Shown: one piece after another, positions 27,001 to 41,420 of the stretch
Layout of the letters: each line of letters opens with the position of its first letter
How positions within the stretch are numbered: position 1 is the stretch's first letter
From: the human T2T-CHM13v2.0 reference genome, Homo sapiens
Direction: 5' to 3' (one strand)
Length of the DNA stretch: 64,000 nt
NCBI RefSeq assembly: GCF_009914755.1
Contig: NC_060947.1
Program-made: the position numbers and the translations under genes
Notes under the pieces: model-generated
The model's input: only the letters and a program-made list of their open reading frames with translations
Told to the model about the DNA's origin: nothing
Databases searched by the model: none

Positions 27001-27652
27001 AAACTGTAGAAGAAAACATTAGGTAAATTCTTAAGGACATTGGTATAGTTAGATTTCGTGACTAAGACCTAAAATGTACAGGCAACAAAAACAAAAATGG
27101 GAAAATGGTACTGTATTAAAGTAAAAAAGATTGTGCATAGCAAAGAAAACAATCAACAGAATGAAGAAACAGCCTGCAGAGTAGGAGAAAATATTTCTAG
27201 GTAACTCATGTGACATTCTGGTCTAATACCTAAGAATATACAAGGAAGTTAAACAATTCAATAGCAAAATAATACTAATAATATTGATCTCATTAGAAAG
27301 TGGGCAAAGGATATTAATAGATATTTCTCAAAATAACACATATAAATGGCCAAGAGATATATGAAAAAGTATTCAATATCACTAATCATCAGAAAAATGT
27401 AAATCAAAACCACAACGAGATTTCATCTCACCCCAGTTAGAATAGCTATTATCAAAAAGACAAAAAATAACAAATGCTGACAAGGATGCAGAGGACACGG
27501 AATTTTTATACACAGTTGTTTGGATTGTAAATTAGCACAGCTATTTTGGAAAACAATATGGAGGTTTTCAGAAAGCCAGAAATAGAATTATCATGCCATC
27601 CAATAATCTCGCTGCAGAGTACTTATTCACAGGAAAGAAAATCATTACACTA

Positions 27653-27994
<342 letters not shown>

Positions 27995-28659
27995 TCATGT
28001 TTTTTAACAGAACTATTCACAATAGCCCAGATATGGAATCAACTTAAGTGTGCATGTAAGGATGAATGAATGAAGAAAACGTGGTATATGTGCAAAATAG
28101 AATATTATTCAGCCACAAAAAGAATGAAATTTTGTCATGGGCATCAACATGGATGGGACTGGAGGCAATTATGTTAAGAGGAATAAATGACATGCACAAA
28201 GACAAATATTGCATGTTCTTACGTATATACGGGAACTAAAAAGTTTGATCTCTTAGAGAAAGAGAGTAGAAAGATAATTGCCAGAGGCTAGAAAGGGTAA
28301 GGGGGATGAAGACGATTTGGGTAATTGGTATAAACATACAGTTAGAGAGGAGGAATACATTCTAGTGTTTGATAGCATAGTAGGGTGACAGTTAACAACA
28401 ATATATTGCATATTTCAAAAAAGCTCTGGGAGATTAGTAACGTTTCCAACACAAAGAAATTATAAATGTTTGAGGTGATGGATGTCCTAAATACCTTGAT
28501 TTGATTAGTACCCATTGTATTTGTATGTATATATCAAAATATCACACGTACCCCATAAATACGCACAATGTTTATGTATCAATAAAAAATGATAAAAATA
28601 CAGAAATAACATTAAATTTAAAAACAACTAATGACTTAAAAATAATAAAGGAAATAACC

Positions 28660-29310
28660 AATGGAGAAACTGTATAGAAAATGTGAAGAAATTAGAACCC
28701 TTGTGTGCTGTTTCAGGGAATGTATGAGGTGCAGGATGTATGGAATACAGTATGGAGGTTGTTCAAAAAAATTAAAATTAGAATTACCATATAATCCAGC
28801 AATTCCACTTGTGGATATATATCTAAAAAATTGATGGCAGAGTCTCAATGATATATTCTCCCACCTTCTTAGCATTATTCACAATATTCAAGAAGTAGAA
28901 ACAATCACACTGTCCATTGACCAATAAATGGATAAGCACAATTTGCTATATACATACAATGGAATATCATTCAGTCTTGACAAAGAAGAAATCTTGTCAC
29001 ATGCTACAACATGAATGAATCTTAAGGACACTATGTTAAATAAAATAAATCAATCACAAAATACAATGTATAATTCAACTTATATGAAACAGTTAATGTC
29101 AAATTCTTGGAAAAAAAAATAGTATAGTGGTTTCCAGGGGCTGGGAAGAGGAGGAAATGAGGAGATTTTTTAATGGGTTTAGACCTTTTGTTTTCAAGAT
29201 AAAGAAAAAAAAATTGTTGCACAGCAATATTAATATACTTAACAGTATTTATACATTTTAAAATGGTTAAGATTACAAATTTCATACTATTTGTTTTCTT
29301 TCTATAGTAA
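28660..29310 (+). mobile_element. L1MB-like 3' UTR, probably the 3' end of the 13185-21050 host
   Basis: gaattaccatataatccagcaattccactt...catgctacaacatgaatgaatcttaaggac...ttaaaatggttaag. Confidence 0.8.
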
Positions 29311-30027
29311 GAAATAAAAATAAGAGAATTAAAAGACAACATAAGGATATATACATTTGAAAAAATACACATTTTGAAAACCACAGGAGTTATACTCAAT
29401 AAAATAGTGGATCCATCAGAAAGGATATTCTAACAAATAAATTTTAAAATATGGATTTATATTATTTATTACCACTAACAAAAGGAAGTGGTAATTAGCG
29501 AGAAGTACATTAATGATCTTCGTCATTAGGTTGAATTTTAGGTTTAGGTTCAGTGACAAACATTTTTATTATTGGGAAGCTAATTTCCCTTCTATGGAGG
29601 TACAAATGTACATATTTATGCCTATATATTTATTTCGCTGAAATTACACCTCCTGTAAGACTTTAAAAATGTATGCTTCAATTTAAAGGGTAGTTTTCGA
29701 AAGTAATACCTGCTTACTGAAAAAAAGAATAATAAATACTGTAAAAAGTACATATTCCCTGTAATTCAACCTTCTGACTTTTAATAATAATCCTATAGTG
29801 AAAATATGGAATAAATAACTTATTCACTGTAAGAATGATTAAATGAATTTTTAAAATATAATTTTAATTCATTTGTGCTTCATAGCTACAAATCTAGCAA
29901 ATCTGTTGTTTTGAAATTAAATAGAAAGACTCCTTGTACCTTTTGCATAAAGTAGTTCGTGATATAAAATTTCTGTTCAATGCCAAATTGTGGCCAGAAT
30001 TGAAACAGTAGTTAAAAAGCCATGTTT

Positions 30028-30093
30028 TTTTTTTTTTTTTTTTTGTTTTTTTTTTTTTTTTTTGCTTTTACTCAGATAAAAGGCAACGGTGAC
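30028..30093 (-). other. Ultra-short poly(A)-tailed insertion (30 nt body)
   Basis: Poly(T) at 30025-30063 plus 30 nt unique sequence, flanked by aaaagccatgttt (30015-30027) and aaaagtcatgttt (30094-30106). Confidence 0.7.
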
Positions 30094-30330
30094 AAAAGTC
30101 ATGTTTCAACAGATAAACCTACTTTCCCAAGTATTAAAAATTATTTACTGACTCACCTTTTATGAATGATATCCATGTGCCAAAGATCAAGAAGTTGTGA
30201 ATTGTTTTACATAGTGTTGTTAGCTACCTAATAAGGGTGAAAACTATACTCTCCTGTTGATAAGAGACAGAGTGTTATATTAAATTTTAGTGACATTTGG
30301 GTGGTTATAGTACCATCTGATAAACTATTT

Positions 30331-33300
30331 GAGGAGGTACCAGTTCAAGATAGGCTGAAAAAAAGCAGTTAGTACATGCCACTGTCATAGAGAGGAAGCA
30401 AAGTTGTGACTTAATACTGGCTCTTATAGTGGATCATCTAAAGATCATGTTGGGATTCGCCAATTAAGCAATGAAACACAAAGAGAACATAGAGGAGCAA
30501 ATCCAGGAAGCCACCAACCTGGGACTGGCATGGAGACAGGGGGAGTTCCCTAATGTAAGGAAAGAGTGAATGAGTGAGAGCCCCCAGGAAATCTACACTT
30601 CTCTCATGGACGTTTGCAATCCTGGGCATAGGAGAATCCTTGTGACACCCTTGGGCCTCCAGACTGACCCAGAGAGCTGCCTAGAGTCTGTGCAGAGACA
30701 CTTCTTAAGCCCAGGTACAGCCCCATGGGCCTTCGATTTCTGAACACTCTAGTACCAGCTGCCACAGCTCTGCCAACACCGTTAGGATAGATGCCACAGC
30801 CATGTTTTTGAGAAGTAGGCAGATTGCAGACCCTGCCTCTGCTGCTCCTTACCATGCAGGGCCTGCCAGTTTGGGCACCCAGTAAAGTTGCTTCACCCTC
30901 ACCTGGTCACAGAATTTATTTGTGGCTCTGCATTCCTCTAGGGCAGAATTTCCAGAAGTCACTGACAGGCCCTCTGTGATCACAGCTGTCACTGTTCCCA
31001 CCCTTACTGACCTCAGGCTTGGGAGGTAACAAAGAGGCTTGCCTCCAATACCCTACAGTTACCATACTGAGTGGTGGCCACACTGTTTACCATGTGACCC
31101 CCTCCCTACCCCCACTGCTCCTTGCCAGGCAGCCCCGGCTGGTTTAGGCCCCCAGTGCAGCTGCTACACCTCCACCTGATCACTGTGGTTGGTTGTGGCT
31201 CTGCAATCTTTTGGGACAGAACTCCCAAAGGTAACTGACAGGCTGTCTGTGACCATCTTTGACACTGCCCCCACCCCTGCTGCCCTCAGACTAGGGAAAT
31301 AACAAAATGGCTGAGTGGTTTTGCGTGCTATCAACATGCCATAGTCAATGTAATGAGAGATGACCAGACTGTTTACTGTGTGACCCCTGACCCATGGCTC
31401 CCTCCTGAATGGGGATTGCTGCCTTCTGGCTTCCAGTGCACCCACCCTGTGCCCACCTGAGCATTTCAGCTGTGGCCCAGAGCCCTTCTGAAAACTCTAC
31501 CTATAGGCCTGTGATCTTCCACCAGGCTCCCACCACCTAAGTGTTCTACCTGCCCCCCATCTAAGAGTTCAATTGGTGATCCAGGGACCAGCTTGCCTCT
31601 CCCCATCTCAGCCAGTACCTGAGCCCTGGTATAGCCTGAACATGGTCCAGCCCCACCGGGATTCACAGATACTGTCCAGCAGACCATCTAAGGGTCTGGG
31701 AATTGTGGAACTACCTAACCCATTCCAACTCTGCTGCCACCTGACCACTTGTCTCACAGCCTGAAGTTGGGCCAACCCAACCAGCAGACACCGCAACAAC
31801 CAGCACCCACATGAATAAGCCTAATGGTGGACTCTTTCCTCCCTTTAACATAAAGCAGCAGGGCTACCACATCAGAGAAAAGGCAAGCCATAAGCTATCT
31901 GTATCAGGCTGAGTGATAAAGTTTTTCTCTGAAACCACTGCCATGAGGAGTCATAAAACAGGCATTTCTTGAGGCTCAAATGCATTGTGGTCCAGGGATA
32001 GACTACAGTGTGCATCTGAACTAGAACTCAAGAGCCCTGGAACAGGAGTGTTGAAAGGTAAGAGTACATATTTCTGTCTATCTAAGATGAGAAGCTAGTG
32101 CAGCTTTTTCACACTGCTGCAGAAATCTCAGTGCATTTCACCAGGAGCTCCTCCCAGCCACTCTTGTCAAAATTGTTGTCTATGCTCCTCGTAGGGGTAT
32201 TTGTGGGCAAATCAGGAGCTCCATCTCTTACCTCTCCCCTGACCCCTAACCATGCAAAGAACTGGAAACTCAAGGCACTGGGCATGCTACTGTATAGTCC
32301 ATTACCTGAAACAACAGAGAGCACCATGCTGTAAGCAAACATCAGGTACATACCATCTGCCTGTGCCACAGTTGGCTCTTACTCATAAAATCCATTGATT
32401 GGCCTGTAGGTCAAACTGCAGAGCTCAATATAAAACCTGCCAACAGAAGTGGCTATAGAAGCAAAACCAAAATACCCTAACCAGCATACTCCGCAGTCAC
32501 ACCACTTAGAGAGGGAGAAAAGGGAATTTATATATAGAAAAAAAAATCCTTATCTTTATCAAAATAATTACACAAATTAGAAGTGCCAGCCTCTCCAGAT
32601 GAGAAGGAACCAGTATAAGAAATCTGGCACCATGAAAAATATGGATGCTGCAACACTAACAAAAAATTACTCTAGTTCTCTAGCAATGGACTCTAACCAA
32701 AGTGGAAACTTAGAAGTGACAGATAAAGAAATCAGAGCATGGATTATAAGGAAGCACAACAGGATCCAAGACAAGTTGGAAAATCAACACGAAGAAACAT
32801 CTAAAACAATCCACCTAATCACGTGGATCACCAATTGAACTCTCAGGTGGTGGGCAGGTATAACACTTAGGTGGATTAATAAGAGGTAAACATCTTAAAA
32901 ACAAATAAATCAAAGCTTCTGGCAGTGAAAAACTCACTTAAAAATTTCAAAATACAATTGAAAGCTTTATCAATAGGCTAGAGCAAGCAGAAGAAAATAA
33001 TTTTGGAGCTTCAAGACAGATCTTTTGAACAAACCCAGTCAGACAAATTAAAGAAAACATAATTTAAAACAATGAACAAAGCCTCCAACAAATATGAGCT
33101 TATGTAAAACAACCAAACCTATGAATTATTGACATTCCTGAGAGAAGTAAATAACGTGGAAAACATATTTGAGGGAATATTTCAAGAAAATTTTGCTAAC
33201 CTTGCTAGACATCCAGATACAAAAAATCCAGAGAACACCTCCCAGATACTATACAAATGAATATCACCAGAGCATCCAGTCACCAGGCTCTCCAAGGCCA

Positions 33301-36300
33301 TGCTAAAGAAAAAATTATAAAGGCAGCTAGAGAATAAGGTAAGATCACCTACAAAGGGAACCCCATAAGGTTAACAGTGGCATTCTTAGCAAAAACCTTA
33401 CAAGTCAGACTAGATTGATGGTGAATTTTCAGCATTCTTAAGGAAAAGAAATTACAATCAAGAATTTTGTATCCCACTTTATTAAGCTTCATAAACAAAG
33501 GAGAAATAAAATATTTTCCATATAAGTAACCACTGAGAAATTTCGTTACCACAGACCAGTCTCACAAGAGATCCTTAAGGGAATTCTAAACATGAAAACA
33601 AAAGAACAATATCTGCTACCAGAAAGAAAAAAAATAAAAAAAGAACTTAAGTACACAGCCCAAGGATGCTACAAAGCTACTTCATAATTGAGACTACAAA
33701 GCAATCAGCTAACAACTTCATGATAAAATCAAAACCTCATTTATCAACATTAATCTTGAATGTAAATATTCTAATTTCCCCCCCCAAAAAGCACATGCTA
33801 AAGTAAAATAAAAAAATAAAAAAAAATAAAAACAAAAAACAACACCCATTAACAGCTGTCTTCAAGAGACTCATGTCACATGTAACAGCACCCATAGGCT
33901 AAAAGTAAAAGGTTGGAGAAAAATCTATCATTCAAACCAAAAACAGTAACAAAAAGAGCACGGATCACTATATAGGAGATCAAATAAACTTTAAGCCAAT
34001 GACAAAAAAATAAAAACACAAAGAAATGCATTACATAATAGTAAAAAGTTCAATACAAAAAGAAGATTCAAATATCTTAAATATATCCAATACTGGAGCA
34101 TCCAGATTCATAAAACAACTACATCTAGATGTCTGAAAAGACATAGGCAGTCACACAATATTAGTGGAGGACGTTGAAACCCCATGGACAGCATTACAAA
34201 GACCATGGAGGAAGAAATCTAACAAATAAATTCTGAACATAAATTTGAGACTTTACCAATTTGACCTAATAAGCATCTACAGAACACTTCACTCATCAAG
34301 TCAAAGAATATATGTTCTTGTTACTTGCACATGGAGCATACTCCAAAGTCAATCAAATGCTTGGCCATAAAGGAAGTCTCAACAATTTTTTTTTAAATAA
34401 TGTCATATTAACCATACTTTCAGAGCACAGTGGAATAAAAGTAAAAATCAGTATGAAAAATATCTCTCAGACACACAGAATTACATAGAAATTTAAAAAC
34501 TTGCTTTGGAATGACTTTTTGGTAAGCAGCGAAATTAAGGCAGAAATAAAAAAAAATGAAATAAATGAAAACAAAAACACAACATAACAAAATCTCCAGA
34601 AGGCAGAAAAAGTACTGTTAAGAAAAAAGTCTATACTGCTCAATGCTTACATGAAGAATCTAGAAAGACCTCAGATTAACAATCTAGAATCATACATAGA
34701 GGAACTAGAAAACCAATAACAGACTGACCCCAAAGTTAGCAGAAGAAAAGAAATAACTAAAATCAGAGCAAAACTGATAGAAGCTAAGACCCAAAAATCC
34801 ATGCAAAGTATGAATGAAACCAAAAGCTGGCTCCAAGAAAGAATGCACAAAATCAATTAATAGCCAGTTAGACTGAAACAGAAAAAAGAAAAAAGAGGTA
34901 AGGTACAAATAAGCACAATTAGAAATGACAAATGTGACATTACTGCTGATTGCACAGAAATACAATAGATTATCAGAGAATATTACCAACAGCTCTATGT
35001 ACATAAATTAGAAAATCTAGAGAAAATAGATACATTCCTGGAAATATACAACTTCCCAAGATTGAATCAGGAAGAAATTGAAAACCTGAACAGATTAATA
35101 TTGATTTCTTACACTGAATATGTAATAAAAAATTCTGCCAAGCAATAAAAGTTTTTCCCACAGTAGATGGATTCACAGCCAAATTCTACCAGACAAACAA
35201 AGAACTGGTGCCAATTCTACTGAAACTATTCTTAAAAATTCAGGAGGAAAACTCCTCCCTGACTCATTCTACAAAGCCACCACCATCTTGATATAAAAAC
35301 TGGCAAAGACACAATGAAAAAGGAATACTACAGGCCAACATCCCTGAAAACATAGATGAAAATTATTCAATAAAATACCAGCAAACCGAATCTAGCAGCA
35401 TGTTGAAATTTAGTATAGCACATCAAAAAGGGTTTATTTCAGGGACACATGTTTGGCTTAACATATGCAAATCAATAACTGTGATTCACCACAGAAACAG
35501 AATTAGAAACAAAAATTATATGATTATTTCAATAGACACAGAAAGAGCTTGTAAAAGAATCCAACATCCCTTCATGATGAAAAGCCCTCAACAAATCAAG
35601 AAAGCTGGCAAGGAACATACCTCAAAATAATAAGAGTCATCTATGACACACTCACTGCCAACATCATATTGAATGGACAAAATCTGGAAGCAGACCCCTT
35701 AAAAACAAGAAGAAGGCTTGTATGCCCACCCTCATCACTCCTATTCACCATTGTACTAGAAGTACCAGCCGTAGAAATCAGGAAAGAGAAAGAAATAAAT
35801 GGCATCCAAATAGAAAAAGAAGAAGTCAAACTGCCTCTTTGTTGATGATGATTCTATAATTAGAAGACCCTAAAGACTCCACCAAACACTACTAGAACAG
35901 ATAAACAATAAAACTAATGTACAAAAATCAGTAGCATTTCCATACATCAATAATGTCCAGGCTGAGAGTCAAATCAATAATGCAATCTCATTTACAGTAG
36001 CCACAAAGAAAATGAAATACCTACGAATATAGCTAACAAAGAAGGTGAAAGACCTCTACGAGGAGAACTACAAAACACTGCTGAAAAAAGTTAGAATTGA
36101 CACAAATATATGCAAAAGCATTCCATGTTCACGGATTGGAAGAGTAAGTACAATTAAAATGTCCACATCACCTAAAGCAATGTACAGATTCAATACTAGT
36201 CCTATCAAACTACCAATGTAATTCTTCACAGAACATGAAAAAACTATCCTACAATTAATGTGGAAGTGAAAAAGAAGCAGAGTAGCCAAAACAATTGTAA

Positions 36301-38294
36301 GGAAAAAGAATAAAGCCAAAGACATCCCACTTCAAAAGATATTATATTATGTCATATATATATGTATATATATAAATATATATTCAAGTTTTATTATACA
36401 CGACTTCAAACAATATTATAATGCTACAGTAACCAAAACAGCATAGTACTGGTACAGAAACACACATAGAAACCAATGGAACTTAATAGGATAATAAGAA
36501 ATAAAGCTGCACATCTACAACCATCTGATTTTCAACAAGTCTGATAAAAACAATTTATTGGGAAAGGACTCCCCATTTGATACATGGTGCTGGGATAACT
36601 GGCTAGCCGTATGTAAAATAACGAAACTAGACCCCTACCTCTCCCCATATACAAAAATTAAGTCAAGATGCATTAAATAATTAAATGTAAAATGTTAAAA
36701 TATGAAAATCCTAGAAGGAAACATAGGAAATAGTATTCTGGACATCATCCTTGGGGAATAATTTATTGCTAAGTCCCCAAAAGCAATTGCAACAAAAACA
36801 AAAATGGACAAATGGGACAAAATTAAGCTAAAAAGTTTCTGCACAGCAAAAGAAACTATCAGTATAATAAACGGACAACCTACAGAGTGGGAAAAAATAC
36901 TCACAAACTATGCACCTGATAAAGGTTTAATATCCAGAATCTTTAAGGAACTTAAACAATTCAACAAGCAAAAAGCAAATAACCTGATTAAAAAGCAAAC
37001 AAAGGACACAAATAGACACTTCTCAAAAGAAGACATATAAGCAGCTAATGAAAATGTTAAAACAATGCTCAACATTACAAGTTATCAGAGAAATACAATT
37101 CAAAAAGACAATGAGATACCATCTCACACACCATCCGAATGGCTACTATTCAAAAGTCAAAAAACAATAGATATTGGAAAGGCTGCACAGAAGAGGGAAC
37201 AGTAACACATTGTTGGAGGGAATGTAAATTAGTTCAGCCATGTGGAAAGCAGTTTGGAGTTGCTCAAAGAACTTAAAATAGAACTATCATTTGACCCAAC
37301 AATTCCATTACTGGGTATATGCCCATAGGAAAATATATAATTCTACCAAAGACACAAGCACTGATGTTGTTCATTGTAGCACTATTTTTAATAGCAAAGA
37401 TGTGGAATCAACCTGGGTTCCCATCAATGGTGAATTAGCTGAAGAAAGTATGATACATATACATCATGGAATACTAAAAATCTGTATTATCCAGGGTTCT
37501 CTAGAGGGACAGAACTAATAGGATAGATGTATATATAAAGGGGAGCTTAGTTAGGAGCACTGACTCACACAATCAAAAGGTGAGGTCCCACAATAGGCCG
37601 TCTGCAAGTTGAGGAGAAAGGAAGCTAGTCCGAGTCCGAAAGCTGAAGAACTTGGATTCTGATGTTTTAGGGCAGGAAGCATCCAGCGTGGGAGAAAGAT
37701 GGAGGCCAGAAGATTAAACCAGTCTAGTCTTTCCACGTTCTTCTACCTGCTTTTATCCTAAGCCATGCGGGCAGCTGATTAGATGGTGCCCACTCAGACT
37801 GAAGTTGGGTCTGCCTCTCCCAGTCCACTGACTCAAATGTTAATCTCCTTTGGCAACATCCTCACAGACAAACCCAGAAACAATACTTAGCATCATTCAA
37901 TCCAGTCAAGGTGACACTCAATATTAACCATCACACCAGCTATAAAAAGTAATTCAATAATGTTATCTGCAGTAACATGGATGCAATGGGGGGGCCATTA
38001 TCCTAAGCGAATTAATCCAGTAACAGAAAACCAAATACCACATATTTGCACTTACAAATGGGAGCTAGACATTTGGTACACAAGGACATAAAGATGGGAA
38101 CAATGCAGACTGTGGTCTACTGAAGGTGGGAGAGAGGAAAGAGCGGAAGGCCTGAAAATCTACCTATTGGGTAGTATGCTCGCTACTTAGGTGATGGGAT
38201 CAATTATACCACAAACCTGAGCATCATGCAATATACCCATGTAACAAACCTGCACATGTAACCCCAAATCTAAAATAAAGTTGAAAGTTAAAAA
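30331..38294 (+). mobile_element. Full-length decayed old L1P (L1PA13-16/L1PB-like)
   Basis: 5' UTR 30331-~32590, ORF1 from ~32599 (MRRNQYKKSG), ORF2 ~33720-37450, 3' end cctgcacatgtaacccc...aaaataaa. TSD ataaactattt (30320-30330 and 38295-38305). Confidence 0.92.
37483..37935 (-). mobile_element. MLT2A (ERVL) solo LTR inside the L1 3' region
   Basis: tgtattatccagggttctctagagggacagaac...aatattaaccatcaca. Confidence 0.92.
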
Positions 38295-40162
38295 ATAAAC
38301 TATTTTGATAACTTTCAGAAAAATGTGGAATTTCAATGCTTAATATCTTAGCAGATAAGACTGTCAAGAATTGTAAGATAATTAATAGAAAAGTTTGACA
38401 GTATAAATATAATTTCATTTATCATATTACAAACTGAATGTCTGTTTCTATGGATCTATGCTAAACAACCCAGCTGGGACTGAGTAGGTGCATCTCTATT
38501 ATTTTATCTTCACGCGTAACATTGTGTTACCTATAAGACAGTAAAACCATAGGGGTGAATCTCCAACTGTTTAAAAATCTATATGACAAATTGTAAACAT
38601 AACTAAAACAATACCAAAGATTGGCTAAAATTATACATATCTCATATGGAAAATGAAAAGCATAACTAACATTTTATCCCTTGTAAATTTAGGAAAATAT
38701 TTTAAATTTAATACATTAAATTTCATAGGAAAATAATCATAGATAAATTTAAGCAGCATTAATTCTTACAATGGTGTGTTGGATATTGAGATTTACTTTA
38801 ATATTTAAACCTGATCTTTGATAATTTAAAAAAAATGAACACAAAACACGTATGTCAAACAGTTCTCAAATTGATCTTAGTGTTATATAGTAAATAAAAA
38901 AACCAATCAACTTTCATTAACCACATATAATTCACATGGATGCAGCCTTATATTTTGTGCTACCTTATTATTTCTAGCGGAGAAAATAATGTAGATAAAT
39001 GATAACATTTTAATTGCTATGTATGTCTTCTAATAATGTCAAAATGAAAAATTTAGAAATGATTCTCAAAAATATATCAGAGATATTGAATGAACTGAAG
39101 TAGTTAAAATAATGATTTATGATATGGTTGCTTGGTAATCATATATTTTGCGTGTAGCTAATGAATAATAACATTGCATTTAATCTTCAGAAATAATTCC
39201 CTTGCAATATATTGGTATCTATTTAGGCAAGATTCTATCTTACTTTTTTAAAGACTGATAATGTCCTCTACATGAGATTTCCTCATGCAATATTATCAAC
39301 TTTTAAGACATATTACAGCAAGTGAGAGGGATGATGGGTTGTAAAATGAATGTTGATAAGTGGAAACCATCCTTTTGGCAGTACTGTAAATAGGAACGAG
39401 AATGTGAAATTCATAGTACATGTGGATCTCCATCTTTTTAGTGATCAAAACAACTGTTTTAACTTTAACAGTAAACATAGTCCTAGGCTTTGAAAACTTG
39501 AAATAAATCAGATCTCACTATATAATTCTCCACATATTGCCAGTTACTTACTCTTCATTTCCTTAATTTAGTTGCCAGACCTTTGTCATTAATACAACTT
39601 ATTTTTATAAAAGCCAATGGGTAACTTTCACATGGAAGCACATGCTGGCCTACACAAGATTCTAGTCCACAGTTAATTTATGAACCTCTCTACTCCCATG
39701 TAAGTTAGTTTTATCCAGGGGTTCTTAAAGCTTGAAGATATCCTCAGGGAAAAAGATGATTATAATCTTCATTTGAAGAAAATGTTAATAGGAGTATTTT
39801 ACTTTAAGGCTGACAATGATGACCTCCTTAAAAAATAAGCAGCAAAGTCTCATCCTAACTTGTTATCTTGGCCTGTCACCAGCAGAAAATTTGCCAAGTG
39901 GGAGATATTTGGTTTCTTTTCTTTGTGTGGCTTTCCCAGCTACCTTTCATTCAGTTAAAGAATAATGCATTCAGCCAGCCAGCCTGAAGGTTTTGTGGAA
40001 TGTTTGCATTCCTAACTTTACAAGAAATGAGGACTCCAGGATGGTTAGAAAGCCCTCTAGGGAAGTTGGAAAAACTATCTTTCCGAGACAGCTGCTCTAT
40101 GTCCCTCTATCTGTCACCCTTATCACTGCCACCTGTCTAAATCCTTCATGGTTCTTGTTATC

Positions 40163-40319
40163 TTATCCTAAGCCATGCTGGCAGCTGATTAGATGGTGCC
40201 CACCCAGATTGAAGTTTGGTCTGCCTCTTCCAGTCCACTGACTCAAATGTTAACCTCCTTTGGCAACACCCTCGCAGACACACCCAGAAACAATACTTTG
40301 CATCCTTCAATCCAATCAA
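40163..40319 (-). mobile_element. Internal MLT2A LTR fragment
   Basis: Ungapped 145/157 match to 37753-37909. Lacks both LTR termini. Confidence 0.9.
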
Positions 40320-40349
40320 CAGCCTTTAAACTACACTTTACTACATTTT

Positions 40350-40391
40350 ACTCTCTCTCTCTCTCTCTCTCTTTCTCCGTGTGTGTGTGTG
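40350..40391. repeat. (CT)n(GT)n microsatellite
   Basis: Direct reading. Confidence 0.9.
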
Positions 40392-40729
40392 GGTTGGGGG
40401 TGGTGAGGGGGTGTGGGTCTGTGCAAGAAATAATCCCTGCTATTATTAAGAAGGACTACATCTTATATAATGTTCTATTCTTCACAAAACATTACACAGT
40501 ACATGACAAACAGAAAGTATGCAAAGAACTATGTCTTCTCTCAACTAATAATTTTTAGGACTTGATAGTATATTATTTTTATTTGACTTATATGTGTGTA
40601 TCTTATTTTCTTAATTATTAATGGGTTCCACAAGGGCAAACACCATATCCTATGCTTCCTTTTATATCCAGAGGTCTCACATAAAACTGTTTACAGATAA
40701 GGTGCTTGAAAATGATATACTGCTTTTTT

Positions 40730-41420
40730 TAATGATGTGCCAGATATTATATGCTTTATGTGTTTTATATCTTAACAACAAACTTATAAGTTAGGCATTA
40801 TTATTATCACTATTTTAATGGTATGAAAACTGACATTTAGAATTTTTCAAAGTCATAAGCTTGTAAATAGAATGAGATATAAATTCAGCTCATTGTAAGC
40901 TAATTGTAAATGATTTCAGGCTGCAATAAACTTGCCTGGAGAGAGATGACTTTCTGACATTCGTGATATAACATTACTCAAGTTGTCACCTATTTATTTG
41001 CATCTATGATTAGCTGGAAGCCCTGGATAGGAAGTCAGTCCTCCCTAAAGAACAGTACTAAACATCTATTAGTAGTACTTCCAAACAACAAATAGACTCC
41101 TGGAATTTTAGAATTGGAAGTGATCTTAGAAATTATCTAGTGCAAACTGTAATGAGCATGATTAACTTCATTTTCCATCCAGTGCTCTTTTCATTACACC
41201 AGGCTCATTTTCTTCCTTACCAAATCTGTTTTTCCATCTATAGTGACCAGCACATTAACTAAAACACAGTTGGCTTTCAGTAAACATTTACGGAATGAAT
41301 TTTACAAATGAGGAAATTGATGTTCAAAAAGGGGAATTGACTTACCTAAGCTCACAGAACTAGTGACTAGCAGCAACTAAAACTTACAATTTCCTGTCTC
41401 TCTGTCCAATGTTCTACCCA
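40730..41420. mobile_element. Cluster of MIR fragments
   Basis: MIR core-like motifs: attattatcactattttaatggtatgaaaactgac (40800) and ttttacaaatgaggaaattga...tgacttacctaagctcacag (41300). Confidence 0.7.

Noticed and set aside
36329-36420. AT-rich interruption in L1 ORF2 bracketed by acttcaaa..atattata
   Set aside because: Most simply a small duplication with (TA)n slippage, with no unique body.
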